Source: Callorhinchus milii
Lineage: Eukaryota
DNA: 64,000 bases
Assembly: GCF_018977255.1 (NCBI RefSeq)
Contig: NW_024704743.1
Span: 109,060,001 to 109,124,000, forward strand
Direction of reading: 5' to 3'
Shown here: one piece after another, positions 63,516-64,000 of the stretch
Layout of the letters: each line of letters starts with the position of its first letter
Numbering within the stretch: position 1 is the stretch's first letter
Position numbers and translations under genes: made by a program
Notes under the pieces: generated by a model
What the model was told of the DNA's origin: nothing
Database searches by the model: none
The model's input: only the letters and a program-made list of their open reading frames with translations

Positions 63516-63536
63516 AGCGCTATCCAAGGTGCTGAA
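63516..63536 (-). promoter_or_regulatory. RE1/NRSE (REST site) upstream of CRH
   Basis: TTCAGCACCTTGGATAGCGCT on minus vs consensus TTCAGCACCnnGGACAGCGCC (2 mismatches). Confidence 0.7.
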
Positions 63537-64000
63537 ACATCCTGATCAGCGCCTGTCGTGAGGAAGACTTGTTTGGACCAAAACACTACTCCGTCCCACT
63601 TCTCTTGGCGTTATTTCGTTGCAGATTTCTCGATGAACACCACACCTAAATATATATATATATGTAATACATAAAACAAACTTTGCACTGAGACCAGGCG
63701 ATAGGGAACAATAGGATAGTTTTGTGTCCAATGTGATATATCAGACTTGGGATATTTTCCTTTACTTTATGCATTTCCGCGGGCTGTATTATCAGATGAA
63801 CGTAGAGAACACCATGTCTCAGATACTTCTACAATAGGCTGAGATTTTATTTTACTAAAAAAAAAACGGTTCAAGACGATTTAATGGAAATGTTTTGGAA
63901 GCCCATTCAAAGGTTAATTGAACTCCGTCAAGTTAATGAAATGCAAAATGACCCTGTGCCAACTCCCCTCATTTCACACTGCCTCGTGTGAAAATGAGCC

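Overview
Vertebrate genomic DNA, most likely a cartilaginous fish. A holocephalan such as elephant shark is suggested by the tRNA-headed Deu-type SINEs, abundant L2/CR1 LINEs and Penelope-type repeats (inference). The window holds the block DNAJC5B (+, 4 coding exons, 195 aa), a tRNA cluster (Arg-ACG, intron-containing Tyr-GTA, Ala-AGC plus a decayed Ala copy, amid very large CA/GT arrays), TRIM55/MuRF2 (+, 10 core coding exons, 525 aa) and CRH (-, 160 aa prepropeptide). Most interesting: (1) a CpG-island promoter inside TRIM55 intron 2, adjoining a CpG-rich L2 relic, has a Kozak ATG mini-exon that would splice in frame to exon 3 and give a RING-less TRIM55; (2) a cassette exon switches the frame of the last TRIM55 exon and gives a hydrophobic C-terminus; (3) a Penelope-like insertion with inverted hammerhead-type repeats carries a 217-bp copy of sequence from 3.2 kb upstream; (4) an unidentified poly(A) repeat sits twice at about the same position of the same older SINE-like host; (5) a REST/RE1-like site lies upstream of CRH. 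Gene models were read by eye from splice signals and frame continuity. Repeat boundaries are approximate.
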